DNA of 33,585 nt, taken from the NCBI GenBank assembly GCA_035551075.1, contig DASZNX010000050.1:1-33585 (forward strand), given 5' to 3'. The stretch's first letter is position 1. Every line of letters starts with the position of its first letter. A program made the translations under genes and the position numbers. Source of the stretch: Gemmatimonadales bacterium (lineage in GTDB: Bacteria > Gemmatimonadota > Gemmatimonadetes > Gemmatimonadales > GWC2-71-9). Of the stretch, positions 16,960 through 24,810 are shown one piece after another. The notes below the pieces were generated by a model that did no database searches, was not told the origin of the DNA, and saw nothing but the letters and a program-made list of their open reading frames with translations.

Positions 16960-17763
16960 CTACTGCCGGAGGCGTTGCTGATTTTGCCGCGCGAGATCGG
17001 CCTCGGGCGAGCGCGGATAGCCCGCGATCACGCGAGAGTAATAATTTCGCGCCGCGGTCTTGTCGCCCCGCTGCTCGGCGAGATGGCCGAGCTTGTATAG
17101 CGCGGATGCTGCGCGTGGAGAATTGGGGTAGCCCTTCACGAGTTGTTCGTACACCGCAGCCGCGGAATCGGGAGCCGATTGCTCGAAGCTTTCCCCGACA
17201 TAGAACAGCGCATCCGGCGCGCGCTCGTGCGTCGGATACACGCGCAGGAACTCCCGAAAGCCGAGCCGCGCCGTCGCCGTGCTGCCGCGCCGGTACTGCT
17301 GCAGGGACACGTCGTACATCTGATCCGGACCCGGACCCGCCGGATTGCCGGACGGGCCCACCGGCACCGGATTGGCGTTGGGATCCGGCTGCTGGGCACG
17401 CGTCTCGAGACGTGACCGCAGCTCGGTGAGCCGTTGCTGGCTTTGGCCGGTCAATTCCTGTATGGCAACCAGCTGCTGCTCGACCGAGATGAGCTCGGTA
17501 CGTAAATCGCCCCGCAGCTGCACGAGATACGCCTGCTGCGTGGCCAGGGACTGTTGCAGCAGGCGGACGGCGGCCATGACCGTATCGCGGTCCGCCGCCG
17601 CCGCCGCATCACTCTTGGCGAGATCGGCCTGCAGCGCCTGAACCTGGAGCTCCACTTTCCGGACGTCGCCTTTGAGGGCGCATCCGGCGAGGAGGACCAG
17701 GCTCAGCGCGCACGCGCTACGGACGGCGCAGGTTGTCGCCACCGCTGATGATCTCGAACTCAT
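16960..17763 (-). CDS. cpoB: Tol-Pal system protein CpoB/YbgF (coiled coil plus C-terminal TPR)
   Basis: Lipobox/signal LSLVLLAGCA, a long coiled coil (VELQVQALQADL...QQLVAIQELTGQSQQRLTELRSRLE), then the YbgF-type TPR region (YDVSLQQYRRGSTATARLGFREFLRVYPTHERAPDALFYVGESF...YPNSPRAASALYKLG). Start is uncertain: ATG 17763, GTG 17742 or ORF-track 17796, all of which overlap the pal 3' end. Confidence 0.8.
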   Translation of the reverse strand: MSSRSSAVATTCAVRSACALSLVLLAGCALKGDVRKVELQVQALQADLAKSDAAAAADRDTVMAAVRLLQQSLATQQAYLVQLRGDLRTELISVEQQLVAIQELTGQSQQRLTELRSRLETRAQQPDPNANPVPVGPSGNPAGPGPDQMYDVSLQQYRRGSTATARLGFREFLRVYPTHERAPDALFYVGESFEQSAPDSAAAVYEQLVKGYPNSPRAASALYKLGHLAEQRGDKTAARNYYSRVIAGYPRSPEADLARQNQQRLRQ

Positions 17764-18337
17764 CGCGCCGGTTCTGGGACCAGGCGGACTCGTCATGGCC
17801 GTTCACGAGCGGCCGCTCTTCGCCCCACGACTGGGTCTCGATGCGTCCGGCATCGATACCGTGGCTGACGAGATACTGCTTCGCCGCCTGCGCGCGCCGG
17901 TTGCCGAGCGCCAGGTTGTATTCGTCCGAGCCGCGCTCATCGCAGTGACCGCCGACGCGAATTCTCAGATCGGAGTTTTTCTGCAGGATCGCGACCTTCT
18001 GATCGAGGATCCCTGCGTCATCGGGCCGGATATTCGATTTGTCGTAATCGAAGTGAATCATCGCCTGCAGCATCCCCTTTACCTCATCCGACGCGCGGCT
18101 GGCCGCGGCGGCGGAGTCGGATGCCCGCTGCTGCGCCGCCCGCGCCGAGTCCTCCGCCGCCCGTCGCGCCGCTTCGGCGTTCGCCGCATCGATCGAATCC
18201 TGACGCGCCTTCGCGGCGGCCGCGGCCGAATCCGCGTTCGGTGTCGGCTGTGCCGGCTTCGGGTTCCCGCCGCAGGACGAGGCGGCAGTGACCGCAGCGG
18301 CGAGGCCGAGCACGAGGAGCAACGATACCGATTTCAT
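17717..18337 (-). CDS. pal: Peptidoglycan-associated lipoprotein Pal (OmpA_C domain)
   Basis: 206 aa. Lipobox VTAASSCGG, Ala-rich linker, OmpA-like domain IHFDYDKSNIRPDD...IRVGGHCDERGSDEYNLALGNRRAQAAKQYLVSHGI...NRRDEF. GGAGAG RBS upstream. Confidence 0.9.
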   Translation of the reverse strand: MKSVSLLLVLGLAAAVTAASSCGGNPKPAQPTPNADSAAAAAKARQDSIDAANAEAARRAAEDSARAAQQRASDSAAAASRASDEVKGMLQAMIHFDYDKSNIRPDDAGILDQKVAILQKNSDLRIRVGGHCDERGSDEYNLALGNRRAQAAKQYLVSHGIDAGRIETQSWGEERPLVNGHDESAWSQNRRDEFEIISGGDNLRRP

Positions 18338-18349
18338 CTATCTCTCCGA

Positions 18350-19822
18350 TCAGGGGGTGGAAGTAGGAGCCTCCGAAAGCCGTGGAGACCAAGAGGCCAA
18401 GCGCGCGCCGCTCTGCTGCAAGAGCGGTCGAATTCGGCCGGTGTCGAGATCGATGATCCACAACTGGCGGTAGCCCGACCGGTCGGACGTAAAGGCGAGA
18501 TGACGGCTGTCGGGGGCCCACGTCGGATCTTCGTTCCGTCCCACCGACGTGAGCTGCCGGACTGTGCGTGTACGCACGTCCAGCACGAACACCTGCAGCG
18601 TCCCAGCCACATCCCGGTGAAACGCGACCGATTGCCCATCGGGCGACCATTCCGGTGCATTGGATGCGCCGGTGACGCCGTAATCAAATGGTGCGAACAA
18701 CTGCTGGTCCGTCCCATCCGCCGCCATCACGTAAATCTGCGGCAGACCCGGCCGCGTCGATACGAACGCGATCCGCTGCCCGTCAGGGCTGAACGTCGGG
18801 GACAAGTTGTCTGAAAAGTGCCCCACGGTCAAGCGGCGTAAGCAACAGTTGCTCTTCACGTTAATCGTGTAAAGATCGGTGCCTTCTTCCGTCGCACGGC
18901 TGAACGCGAGCGTTTGTCCATCAGGCGAAAATGCCGGCGTGAAATCGAGCGCCGTCCCCGTTGTCGAAACGGGCGTCCGTTTTCCCGTCGCCATCTCCTG
19001 CACATAGAGCCAACCCTTTCCGGCCTGGAACTCCATGTACGCAAAGTGGCGCCCATCCGCGGCCCAGGCCGGCGACATCGCCTGCCGGTCGGTGGACGAG
19101 ACGAGTTTCATGTCGGCGCCGTCCTGATCGATCTGATAAACCTTGCCATCCTTGACGAACAGCACGCGCGTTGCGGCGATGCCCGGCGTGCCGAGCGCGG
19201 CCTGGACCACTTGGTCGGCCAACCGATGCACCGCCTGGCGGAAATCCGCGCTGCCGGCGGGGGGCAATAGCGCGCGGATCGAGCGTCGCACCCCCGATGC
19301 GGGAATGTCGTGCAGCAGCGCGATCGTCGTGTCGCCGGCAGCCGTGATATCGAGCGCGAAATCCGCGCCGAGCGCCTGATACAGGGGATAGTTCAACGAG
19401 CCCAGCGCCGCCTGCGCGCCACCGCTGCCGGTTTTTCCTCCTGAGCTCGTAGAGGTTCGGGTCCGTCCACTGCGTGGCGCGCTGCCGCCGCTCGAGGATG
19501 GGGGAGGCGACGTTGTCGCTAACCGAATCGAGTCGCCGCCGGGAAGCGAGATGATTTCGAAGCGATCGCTGTAGTCCAGATCGCGCGCCACAATCGCCCG
19601 GACCGAATCCAATCCCTTTCTCGGCAACATCACCATCCCCGGACGCACGCCCGGTCGGTAGACGATGCCTATTCGGACACCTCGATCTATCGCTGACGTG
19701 TCTTGCGATACAAGTCGGCACGTCGGCACGACGGCAAGCAGGTACGCTAACGCCCCGACATGCAGGCGTGCCGACTTGCCGCCGTGCCGTCGTGCCGTCG
19801 TGCCGTCGTGCCGTCGTGTCAT
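18350..19822 (-). CDS. tolB: Tol-Pal system beta-propeller protein TolB
   Basis: 490 aa. TolB N-domain (IGIVYRP...AIVARDLDYSDRFEII), then repeated propeller blades (SPAWAADGRHFAY, FSPDGQTLAF, FSPDGQRIAFVS, WSPDGQSVAF, WAPDSRHLAFTS). ATG 19822 overlaps the tolA-like stop as ATGA. Confidence 0.9.
   Translation of the reverse strand: MTRRHDGTTARRHGGKSARLHVGALAYLLAVVPTCRLVSQDTSAIDRGVRIGIVYRPGVRPGMVMLPRKGLDSVRAIVARDLDYSDRFEIISLPGGDSIRLATTSPPPSSSGGSAPRSGRTRTSTSSGGKTGSGGAQAALGSLNYPLYQALGADFALDITAAGDTTIALLHDIPASGVRRSIRALLPPAGSADFRQAVHRLADQVVQAALGTPGIAATRVLFVKDGKVYQIDQDGADMKLVSSTDRQAMSPAWAADGRHFAYMEFQAGKGWLYVQEMATGKRTPVSTTGTALDFTPAFSPDGQTLAFSRATEEGTDLYTINVKSNCCLRRLTVGHFSDNLSPTFSPDGQRIAFVSTRPGLPQIYVMAADGTDQQLFAPFDYGVTGASNAPEWSPDGQSVAFHRDVAGTLQVFVLDVRTRTVRQLTSVGRNEDPTWAPDSRHLAFTSDRSGYRQLWIIDLDTGRIRPLLQQSGARLASWSPRLSEAPTSTP
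19783..19822 (-). repeat. 8-bp tandem repeat (plus strand cgtgccgt x4, plus a degenerate 5th copy containing the tolB ATG)
   Basis: 19783-19790, 19791-19798, 19799-19806 and 19807-19814 are identical; 19815-19822 reads cgtgtcat. Related octamers at 19767-19782, and inverted copies at 19715-19738. Confidence 0.9.
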
Positions 19823-20496
19823 TGCCTCTGCCCCGAGAAATAGAAGCGGACAAACAACACGTCAGACGTCCACCCATCCGGCAGCGCGCCGAACGCCTTG
19901 AACCGACCGGCCTCTTCGATCGCTCCTTGCGCTTCGAGATCGAATGAAAAATTGCCCGACCGCCTGATGAACTGCAGATCGGTCACCGAGCCGTCGCGAT
20001 GCACGAAAAACGAGACCTCCGCCTCGAGTGGCGTGGCTTCGGCGGGGCGCTGCCAGCGACGCAGGACCTGCGACACGATGTTCTGCAAGTACTCGGGGAA
20101 CGGGAACGCGATGCCTTCGGTGCTGACGGTGGCGATATCGTTACCGGTCGACGGTTTCTCGCCGGGAAGCGGCTGATTCGTGGGGGTGGTCCGAGGCGCC
20201 GCTTCGCGGTTCGTGTGATCGCGCACGGGTGGAGGCGTTGCCCGGGAAATCGTGCTCTTCGGCGTCTTCACCGGCGCCGGCGCCGGTTTTTCCTCCGCCG
20301 GACGCTCGAATGCCTCAGGCGCCTTGCGCGCCTCCATGTCGGCCGCCGGAGCGGCTATCAGTCGCACGGTATACGTCGGCGGTAGCCGCTTATGGACACT
20401 CGGCGTCCCAAACAGAAATGCGCCGGCCACCCCGTGCACGAGGAGCGTGCCGGTGAGTGCCATCCCTACGGGCGCTGGGGCGCGACGTCGGTTCAT
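19819..20496 (-). CDS. TonB_C-domain energy transducer in the TolA position of the Tol-Pal cluster
   Basis: 225 aa. N-terminal TM GMALTGTLLVHGVAGAFLF, Pro/Ala/Lys-rich spacer (EEKPAPAPVKTPK), C-terminal TonB/TolA-like fold (FPEYLQNIVSQVLRRWQRP...EVSFFVHRDGSVTDLQFIRRSGN..FDLEAQGAIE). Located between tolR and tolB. Confidence 0.8.
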   Translation of the reverse strand: MNRRRAPAPVGMALTGTLLVHGVAGAFLFGTPSVHKRLPPTYTVRLIAAPAADMEARKAPEAFERPAEEKPAPAPVKTPKSTISRATPPPVRDHTNREAAPRTTPTNQPLPGEKPSTGNDIATVSTEGIAFPFPEYLQNIVSQVLRRWQRPAEATPLEAEVSFFVHRDGSVTDLQFIRRSGNFSFDLEAQGAIEEAGRFKAFGALPDGWTSDVLFVRFYFSGQRQ

Positions 20497-20936
20497 CGAG
20501 TGATCGTCTCCGGTTCGGCAACGAGTCCCACGTCCTGCACACCGGCCGCGCGAATAACGGCAAGCACCTGCACGACGCGAGCATAGGCGACCCGGCCATC
20601 GGCCCGCAGATACACCCCGGTGGGTCGTTTCGTTCGCACGAAGGCCGGGAAAGTCGCCTCAAAATCTTCGTAGGACAGTCCCGCCTGATCTAGATAGATC
20701 TTGCCATCGGCATCCACGGTCACAACGAGTCCCTGTTTGGGCTCGATCGCCTTCACCTGCGCGCGCGGCAAGCGCACATCCACACCACCCTGCATGATAG
20801 GTGCCGTGATCATGAAAATGATGAGGAGTACGAATGCCACATCGACGAGCGATGTGACGTTGATGTCGGCGTTGAGGGGCAATTCGCCGTGCCCGCGCAA
20901 GCCACCGCCCCCGCCACCGCCCAGTAATCCGGCCAT
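20493..20936 (-). CDS. tolR: Biopolymer transport protein TolR/ExbD
   Basis: 147 aa. INVTSLVDVAFVLLIIFMITAP (ExbD/TolR TM with conserved Asp), periplasmic domain VVTVDADGKIYLDQ...VYLRADGRVAYARVVQVLAVIRAAGV. Confidence 0.9.
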   Translation of the reverse strand: MAGLLGGGGGGGLRGHGELPLNADINVTSLVDVAFVLLIIFMITAPIMQGGVDVRLPRAQVKAIEPKQGLVVTVDADGKIYLDQAGLSYEDFEATFPAFVRTKRPTGVYLRADGRVAYARVVQVLAVIRAAGVQDVGLVAEPETITR

Positions 20937-21667
20937 CAGATCCGTCCCTCGCGCGCCAGCGTGCCCACGATCTCCTGAGCAAAGCCTTCGAGCTCACCCG
21001 CAAACAGGCCGAGCCGGTTCACGTAGAGGTTGTAGGCCATCACCGCGGGCACCGCGACGGCGAGTCCGCCGACCGTGGTGACGAGCGCCTCCGCCACACC
21101 TGGGGCCACGGCGGTGATGTTCCCCGATCCGCCCACGGCGATTCCGATGAACGCGTCCATGACGCCCAACACCGTTCCCAGCAAGCCGAGCAGCGGGCTG
21201 ACCGAGCCGAACGTAGCCAGCCACGGGATGAATCGCGCGGCGGTGTCGCGCTCGGCGGCGACTTCCTTGGCGAGCACCATCCGCAGCGCCTCGAGCTGCG
21301 TCGTCGTGAGTGTCGATGAGGCAGCGGGCGTGGCGGGATTCGCCGCGGGTCCGGCTTTCAATGTCCCCGGCTTCAGCTCCGAGAAAAAATGCACCGCCTC
21401 CCGCAGTAAGCGGTTGTAGGGCGACGGCGGGAGTCGCATGGCGGCATGATAGGCATCTTCGAGACGCGGCGCCTTTTCCACTTCAGCAAGAAAGCGATCG
21501 CCCAGTTGCCGCATGCGGCGGAATTGCCACCACTTGAGGACGATCAGATACCAGGACACCACCGAGAAGACCGCGAGAATCGCGAGAACGAATTGCGTCT
21601 CGGGACTCGACGTGAGGACCAGCTCCCACGGTGTGGTCGGAATCGCTCCCCGGACCTGTAGCAGCAC
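20936..21667 (-). CDS. tolQ: MotA/TolQ/ExbB proton-channel protein TolQ
   Basis: 243 aa. IPWLATFGSVSPLLGLLGTVLGVMDAF...VAPGVAEALVTTVGGLAVAVPAVMAYN, the canonical TolQ/ExbB C-terminal helices. GTG start at 21667. Confidence 0.9.
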   Translation of the reverse strand: MLLQVRGAIPTTPWELVLTSSPETQFVLAILAVFSVVSWYLIVLKWWQFRRMRQLGDRFLAEVEKAPRLEDAYHAAMRLPPSPYNRLLREAVHFFSELKPGTLKAGPAANPATPAASSTLTTTQLEALRMVLAKEVAAERDTAARFIPWLATFGSVSPLLGLLGTVLGVMDAFIGIAVGGSGNITAVAPGVAEALVTTVGGLAVAVPAVMAYNLYVNRLGLFAGELEGFAQEIVGTLAREGRI

Positions 21668-22663
21668 TTACACTCCTCCCTTGTAGCCCTGCGGATGCGC
21701 TCGATGCCAGCGCCAGGCGCTTTCCAAAATCTCCTCGAGGCTCGACCGCGTGGCGCGCCAGCCCAGCACGGCTGCGGCCCGGTCCACTGCGGCCACGAGT
21801 TCGGGCGGATCACCCGGACGCCGCGGTTGCTTTGCCGTCTTGAGCTGCTTCCCCGTCACGCGTCGCGCGGCGTCGACGACTTGCTGCACCGAATGTCCAC
21901 CACCCGTTCCGAGATTCAGCGCGACCGGCGCGCTCCCGCTCAGCGGGACATCGAGCGCGCGCACGTGGGCGTCCGCAATATCGCTGACGTGCACGTAATC
22001 GCGTATGGCGGTCCCGTCAGGCGTCGGATAATCGGTTCCGTACACGTTGACCGCCGGCTGCTTGCCGAGCGCCACCGCGAGCACATTCGGAATCAGGTGC
22101 GTCTCGGGATCGTGATCTTCGCCGAGACGCTCCGTTGCGCCCGCGGCGTTGAAGTAGCGCAGGCTCACGACGGCGATCCCAGTCCGCGGCGCGACCTCCC
22201 CCAGTATCCGCTCGAAATCCCGCTTCGTTTCGCCGTACGGATTCACCGGCGCCTGCGGGGTGTCCTCCGTAATGGGAATCCTCGCCGGGTGGCCATAGAC
22301 CGCGCACGACGACGAGAAGACGAACCGCCGCACCTTCGCTCGTGCCACCGCCTCCAACAGTACACGAGCGGCCGTGACATTGTTGGTCACATACTTCTGG
22401 GGCTGCGCCACTGATTCGGCCACCAGCGCGAACGCGGCCAGATGCACTACGGCATCGATGCGTTCGCGCTCGAGCAGCGCCTCGACGAGCTCGCGGTTGC
22501 CGACGTTCCCCTGGATGAAGCGCGCGCCGCGTGCCACGGCCTGCGGATGTCCCGCACTCAGGTCGTCGAGCACGAACACCTGCGTGTCCCGCTCGAGCAG
22601 CTTGTCGACGATGATACTCCCGATGTACCCTGCCCCGCCGGTCACCAGCACGCGTTGGGTCAA
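21668..22663 (-). CDS. galE: UDP-glucose 4-epimerase
   Basis: 331 aa. Rossmann VLVTGGAGYIGS, SSSCAVYG, YGETK (catalytic YxxxK), LRYFNAAGA, DYVHVSDIADAH. TTG start overlaps the hemA stop (TTGA). Confidence 0.9.
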   Translation of the reverse strand: MTQRVLVTGGAGYIGSIIVDKLLERDTQVFVLDDLSAGHPQAVARGARFIQGNVGNRELVEALLERERIDAVVHLAAFALVAESVAQPQKYVTNNVTAARVLLEAVARAKVRRFVFSSSCAVYGHPARIPITEDTPQAPVNPYGETKRDFERILGEVAPRTGIAVVSLRYFNAAGATERLGEDHDPETHLIPNVLAVALGKQPAVNVYGTDYPTPDGTAIRDYVHVSDIADAHVRALDVPLSGSAPVALNLGTGGGHSVQQVVDAARRVTGKQLKTAKQPRRPGDPPELVAAVDRAAAVLGWRATRSSLEEILESAWRWHRAHPQGYKGGV

Positions 22664-23967
22664 GCGGGTGGCTCCATGCCGAACAGGCGGCGCAACGCTT
22701 CGAGCAGGCCGTAGCCGTGCCCCTGCTCGGCTGCGGCCTTGAGGGCAATCGTGGGCTGGTGCAGGAATTTGTTCAGCAGCGCCTGGCTGAATTGCTCGAC
22801 GCGCGTCCGGTCCTCCGGGGAGAGATGGTCGAGCTGCTTCAACGCGCGCTCGAGCTCCGCGACGCGCAGGGCGTCCATGCGCGCGCGAAATTCCTTGATC
22901 GCGGGGACAACGCCCAGGCCGCCGTACCAGGCCCAGAAGAGATCAGTTTCCTCCTCGACGATCCGCTCGGCGGCCGGGATTTCATCGCGCCGGCGCGCCG
23001 TCGCTTGCGCGGCGACTGTTTGCAGATCATCGACGTCGTAGAGAAACACGTTCTCGATTTGTCCGAGCGCCGGATCGACGTCCCGCGGGACCGCGAGATC
23101 GAGGACACAGAGTGGCCGTCCCCGCCGTTCGGCGATCACCGGTCCAACACGCTCCCACGTGACGACCGCATGGGGAGCGGCGGTCGAGCAGAGCGCGATA
23201 TCGGTCGTCGCGAAATGCGCCCAGGCCTCGTCGAGCGCCACGGCACGTCCGCCGAGACGTTCGGCAATTGCGCGAGCGCGCTCCTGCGTGCGATTCGCGA
23301 CCAGCGTGATCCGCACCCCTTCGCCGGCTAAACAGGTCGCTGCCAGCTCGGCCATGTCCCCCGCCCCGAGAATCAACGCGCTCCGGCCAGCCAAGTCGCC
23401 GAAGATTTTTCCGGCGACAGCCACACCCGCCGACGCCGCGGACGCGGTGCCCATGCCGAGACCGGTTTCCGTGCGTACCCGTGAACCAACGTGCAAAGCA
23501 GTCTGGAACAGCCGGTGCAACACCGGACCCGCCTGCGCGCGAGAAGCTTCCCATGCCTCGCGCACCTGTCCTTGGATCTGAGACTCGCCCAGGATCATGG
23601 AGTCGAGTCCCGCAGAGACCCGATACAGATGACGTACCGCGTCACGATCGCGCTCGATGTAGCCGTATTCGCGCGCCCCCCCTCCGGGAGGGGGGGGCGC
23701 GGTCGGCAGCCGCTCGCCGAGCAGCGACCATACCGCCTCGAGCGCGGGTTCGTCTTCCGCGAGCAGGTAGAACTCCGTGCGATTGCAGGTCGAAAGCAGG
23801 ACGCCGCCGCTCGCCCCTGCCGCCATTACGCGCGCGAGCGCTCCCGGAACTTCGTGTGCGCCGTGCGCGAAGCGCTCGCGTACTTCGAGCGGCGCGGTAC
23901 GATGGTTCACACCGACGACCTTGATGCCAACACCGACGGTGGAGGGGGAGGGAGAGGGCGTGGTCAC
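22660..23967 (-). CDS. hemA: Glutamyl-tRNA reductase
   Basis: The C-terminal 435 codons of ORF 22660-24807. GTG 23967 overlaps the stop of the upstream ccsA-like gene (GTGA). VGVNHRTAPLEVRERF, LLSTCNRTEFYLL, ILGESQIQGQV, LILGAGDMAEL. The ORF-track N-terminal extension is an Arg-rich shadow of the ccsA-like gene. Confidence 0.9.
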   Translation of the reverse strand: MTTPSPSPSTVGVGIKVVGVNHRTAPLEVRERFAHGAHEVPGALARVMAAGASGGVLLSTCNRTEFYLLAEDEPALEAVWSLLGERLPTAPPPPGGGAREYGYIERDRDAVRHLYRVSAGLDSMILGESQIQGQVREAWEASRAQAGPVLHRLFQTALHVGSRVRTETGLGMGTASAASAGVAVAGKIFGDLAGRSALILGAGDMAELAATCLAGEGVRITLVANRTQERARAIAERLGGRAVALDEAWAHFATTDIALCSTAAPHAVVTWERVGPVIAERRGRPLCVLDLAVPRDVDPALGQIENVFLYDVDDLQTVAAQATARRRDEIPAAERIVEEETDLFWAWYGGLGVVPAIKEFRARMDALRVAELERALKQLDHLSPEDRTRVEQFSQALLNKFLHQPTIALKAAAEQGHGYGLLEALRRLFGMEPPA

Positions 23968-24767
23968 AGGAATCGTCCGACCCCGGGTTCGACGAGTTTC
24001 AGCGCGACGTACACCAGGAGCACGGCGGAAAACCCCGCGATGCTGGCGAGCGCGGCGCGCCGGCCCGCCCAGCGCCGGACGACGCGGACCCAGACCGCCC
24101 ATCCCAGGACGATCCAGGTGAAAATGCCCCATACGATTTGCGCTTTTGCGGCCTGTAGGCCTGCCGCGCCGCCCGCAAACCGCGCCGAATAACCCAGGGC
24201 GAGTAGTACGCCGAGCGTCAGCGCCGGAAATCCTGCCACGAGCGCGAAGCGATTGAGCTGATCGAGCCGTTCGAGCGGTGGAAACAGCTGAAATACCTGA
24301 CCAAAGCGACGCGCTTTGAGCTCCCGGAACTGCAGGAGGTAGAGCGCGGCGGCAATGAACGCGAGCGCCATGAGCGCGAGGCCCAGCACGCTCAGCACCA
24401 CGTGCAGAATGAACCAGGCGTTCCGAGCAGGGACGGCTTCGGCGGCTGGCGTGAGCCCGCTCAGGATCGCGAGTCCCACAAGGCCGGTAGCGAGTGGGGC
24501 GGCAAAAAACGCGACCGCCGAGCCCCGCAGCAACCGTTCGCTGGCGAGCTGCAGCAGAACCAGGCAGAGCGCCAGCATCGACAGCGCGGGTCCCAATCCA
24601 AACAGGGTCAGCTGCGACAAGGCGACGACGTGGGCGGCCGCGCCGGCGCACGGAAACGCTATGGCCAGCGCGCGCGGCACGCTCCGGAGGCCGACGAATG
24701 GCGCCAGCGCCAGCGCCGTAGCCAAGCCGTAGAGCGCTAACGCGATGAGATGAAGAGTGACAATCAC
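23964..24767 (-). CDS. Cytochrome c assembly (CcsA/HemX-like) integral membrane protein
   Basis: 267 aa, about 8 hydrophobic helices, with NAWFILHVVLSVLGLALMALAFIAAALYLLQ and a W-rich segment IVWGIFTWIVLGWAVW. The position directly upstream of hemA is typical of this family. Confidence 0.7.
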   Translation of the reverse strand: MIVTLHLIALALYGLATALALAPFVGLRSVPRALAIAFPCAGAAAHVVALSQLTLFGLGPALSMLALCLVLLQLASERLLRGSAVAFFAAPLATGLVGLAILSGLTPAAEAVPARNAWFILHVVLSVLGLALMALAFIAAALYLLQFRELKARRFGQVFQLFPPLERLDQLNRFALVAGFPALTLGVLLALGYSARFAGGAAGLQAAKAQIVWGIFTWIVLGWAVWVRVVRRWAGRRAALASIAGFSAVLLVYVALKLVEPGVGRFL

Positions 24768-24810
24768 GGTACTGAGCAGCCAGGCCCGCGCCGGCGAGCC
24801 TGGGCACCGA

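Noticed and set aside
15147-17429. 760-aa plus-strand ORF antisense to the TatC-LptD ORF. Similar long ORFs occur at 6315-7679 (+), 10362-11765 (+), 17672-18814 (+), 28441-29994 (+), 30918-32402 (+) and, in an alternative frame, 15322-16830 (-).
   Set aside because: These are typical high-GC shadow ORFs. Their products are dominated by Arg, Pro, Gly, Ala and Asp runs with no recognisable motifs. Each is fully overlapped by a minus-strand ORF carrying unambiguous family signatures (TatC/LptD, TPR, HutH/HutU, Pal/TolB, UvrB, RelA/SpoT).
22660-24807. Long N-terminal extensions in the ORF track: hemA as 715 aa, hutI as 491 aa, hutU as 660 aa, tsaB as 299 aa, LysM protein as 482 aa, radC as 304 aa.
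   Set aside because: The extensions are Arg-rich, overlap the preceding gene in another frame, and precede internal starts that coincide with the upstream stop codon (ATGA/GTGA) and with the conserved N-termini of each family.
24768-24810. 6-bp inverted repeat ccaggc/gcctgg between the LysM gene stop and the ccsA-like start, as a regulatory hairpin.
   Set aside because: It is a short stem with a 12-nt loop in GC-rich DNA, which is expected by chance.
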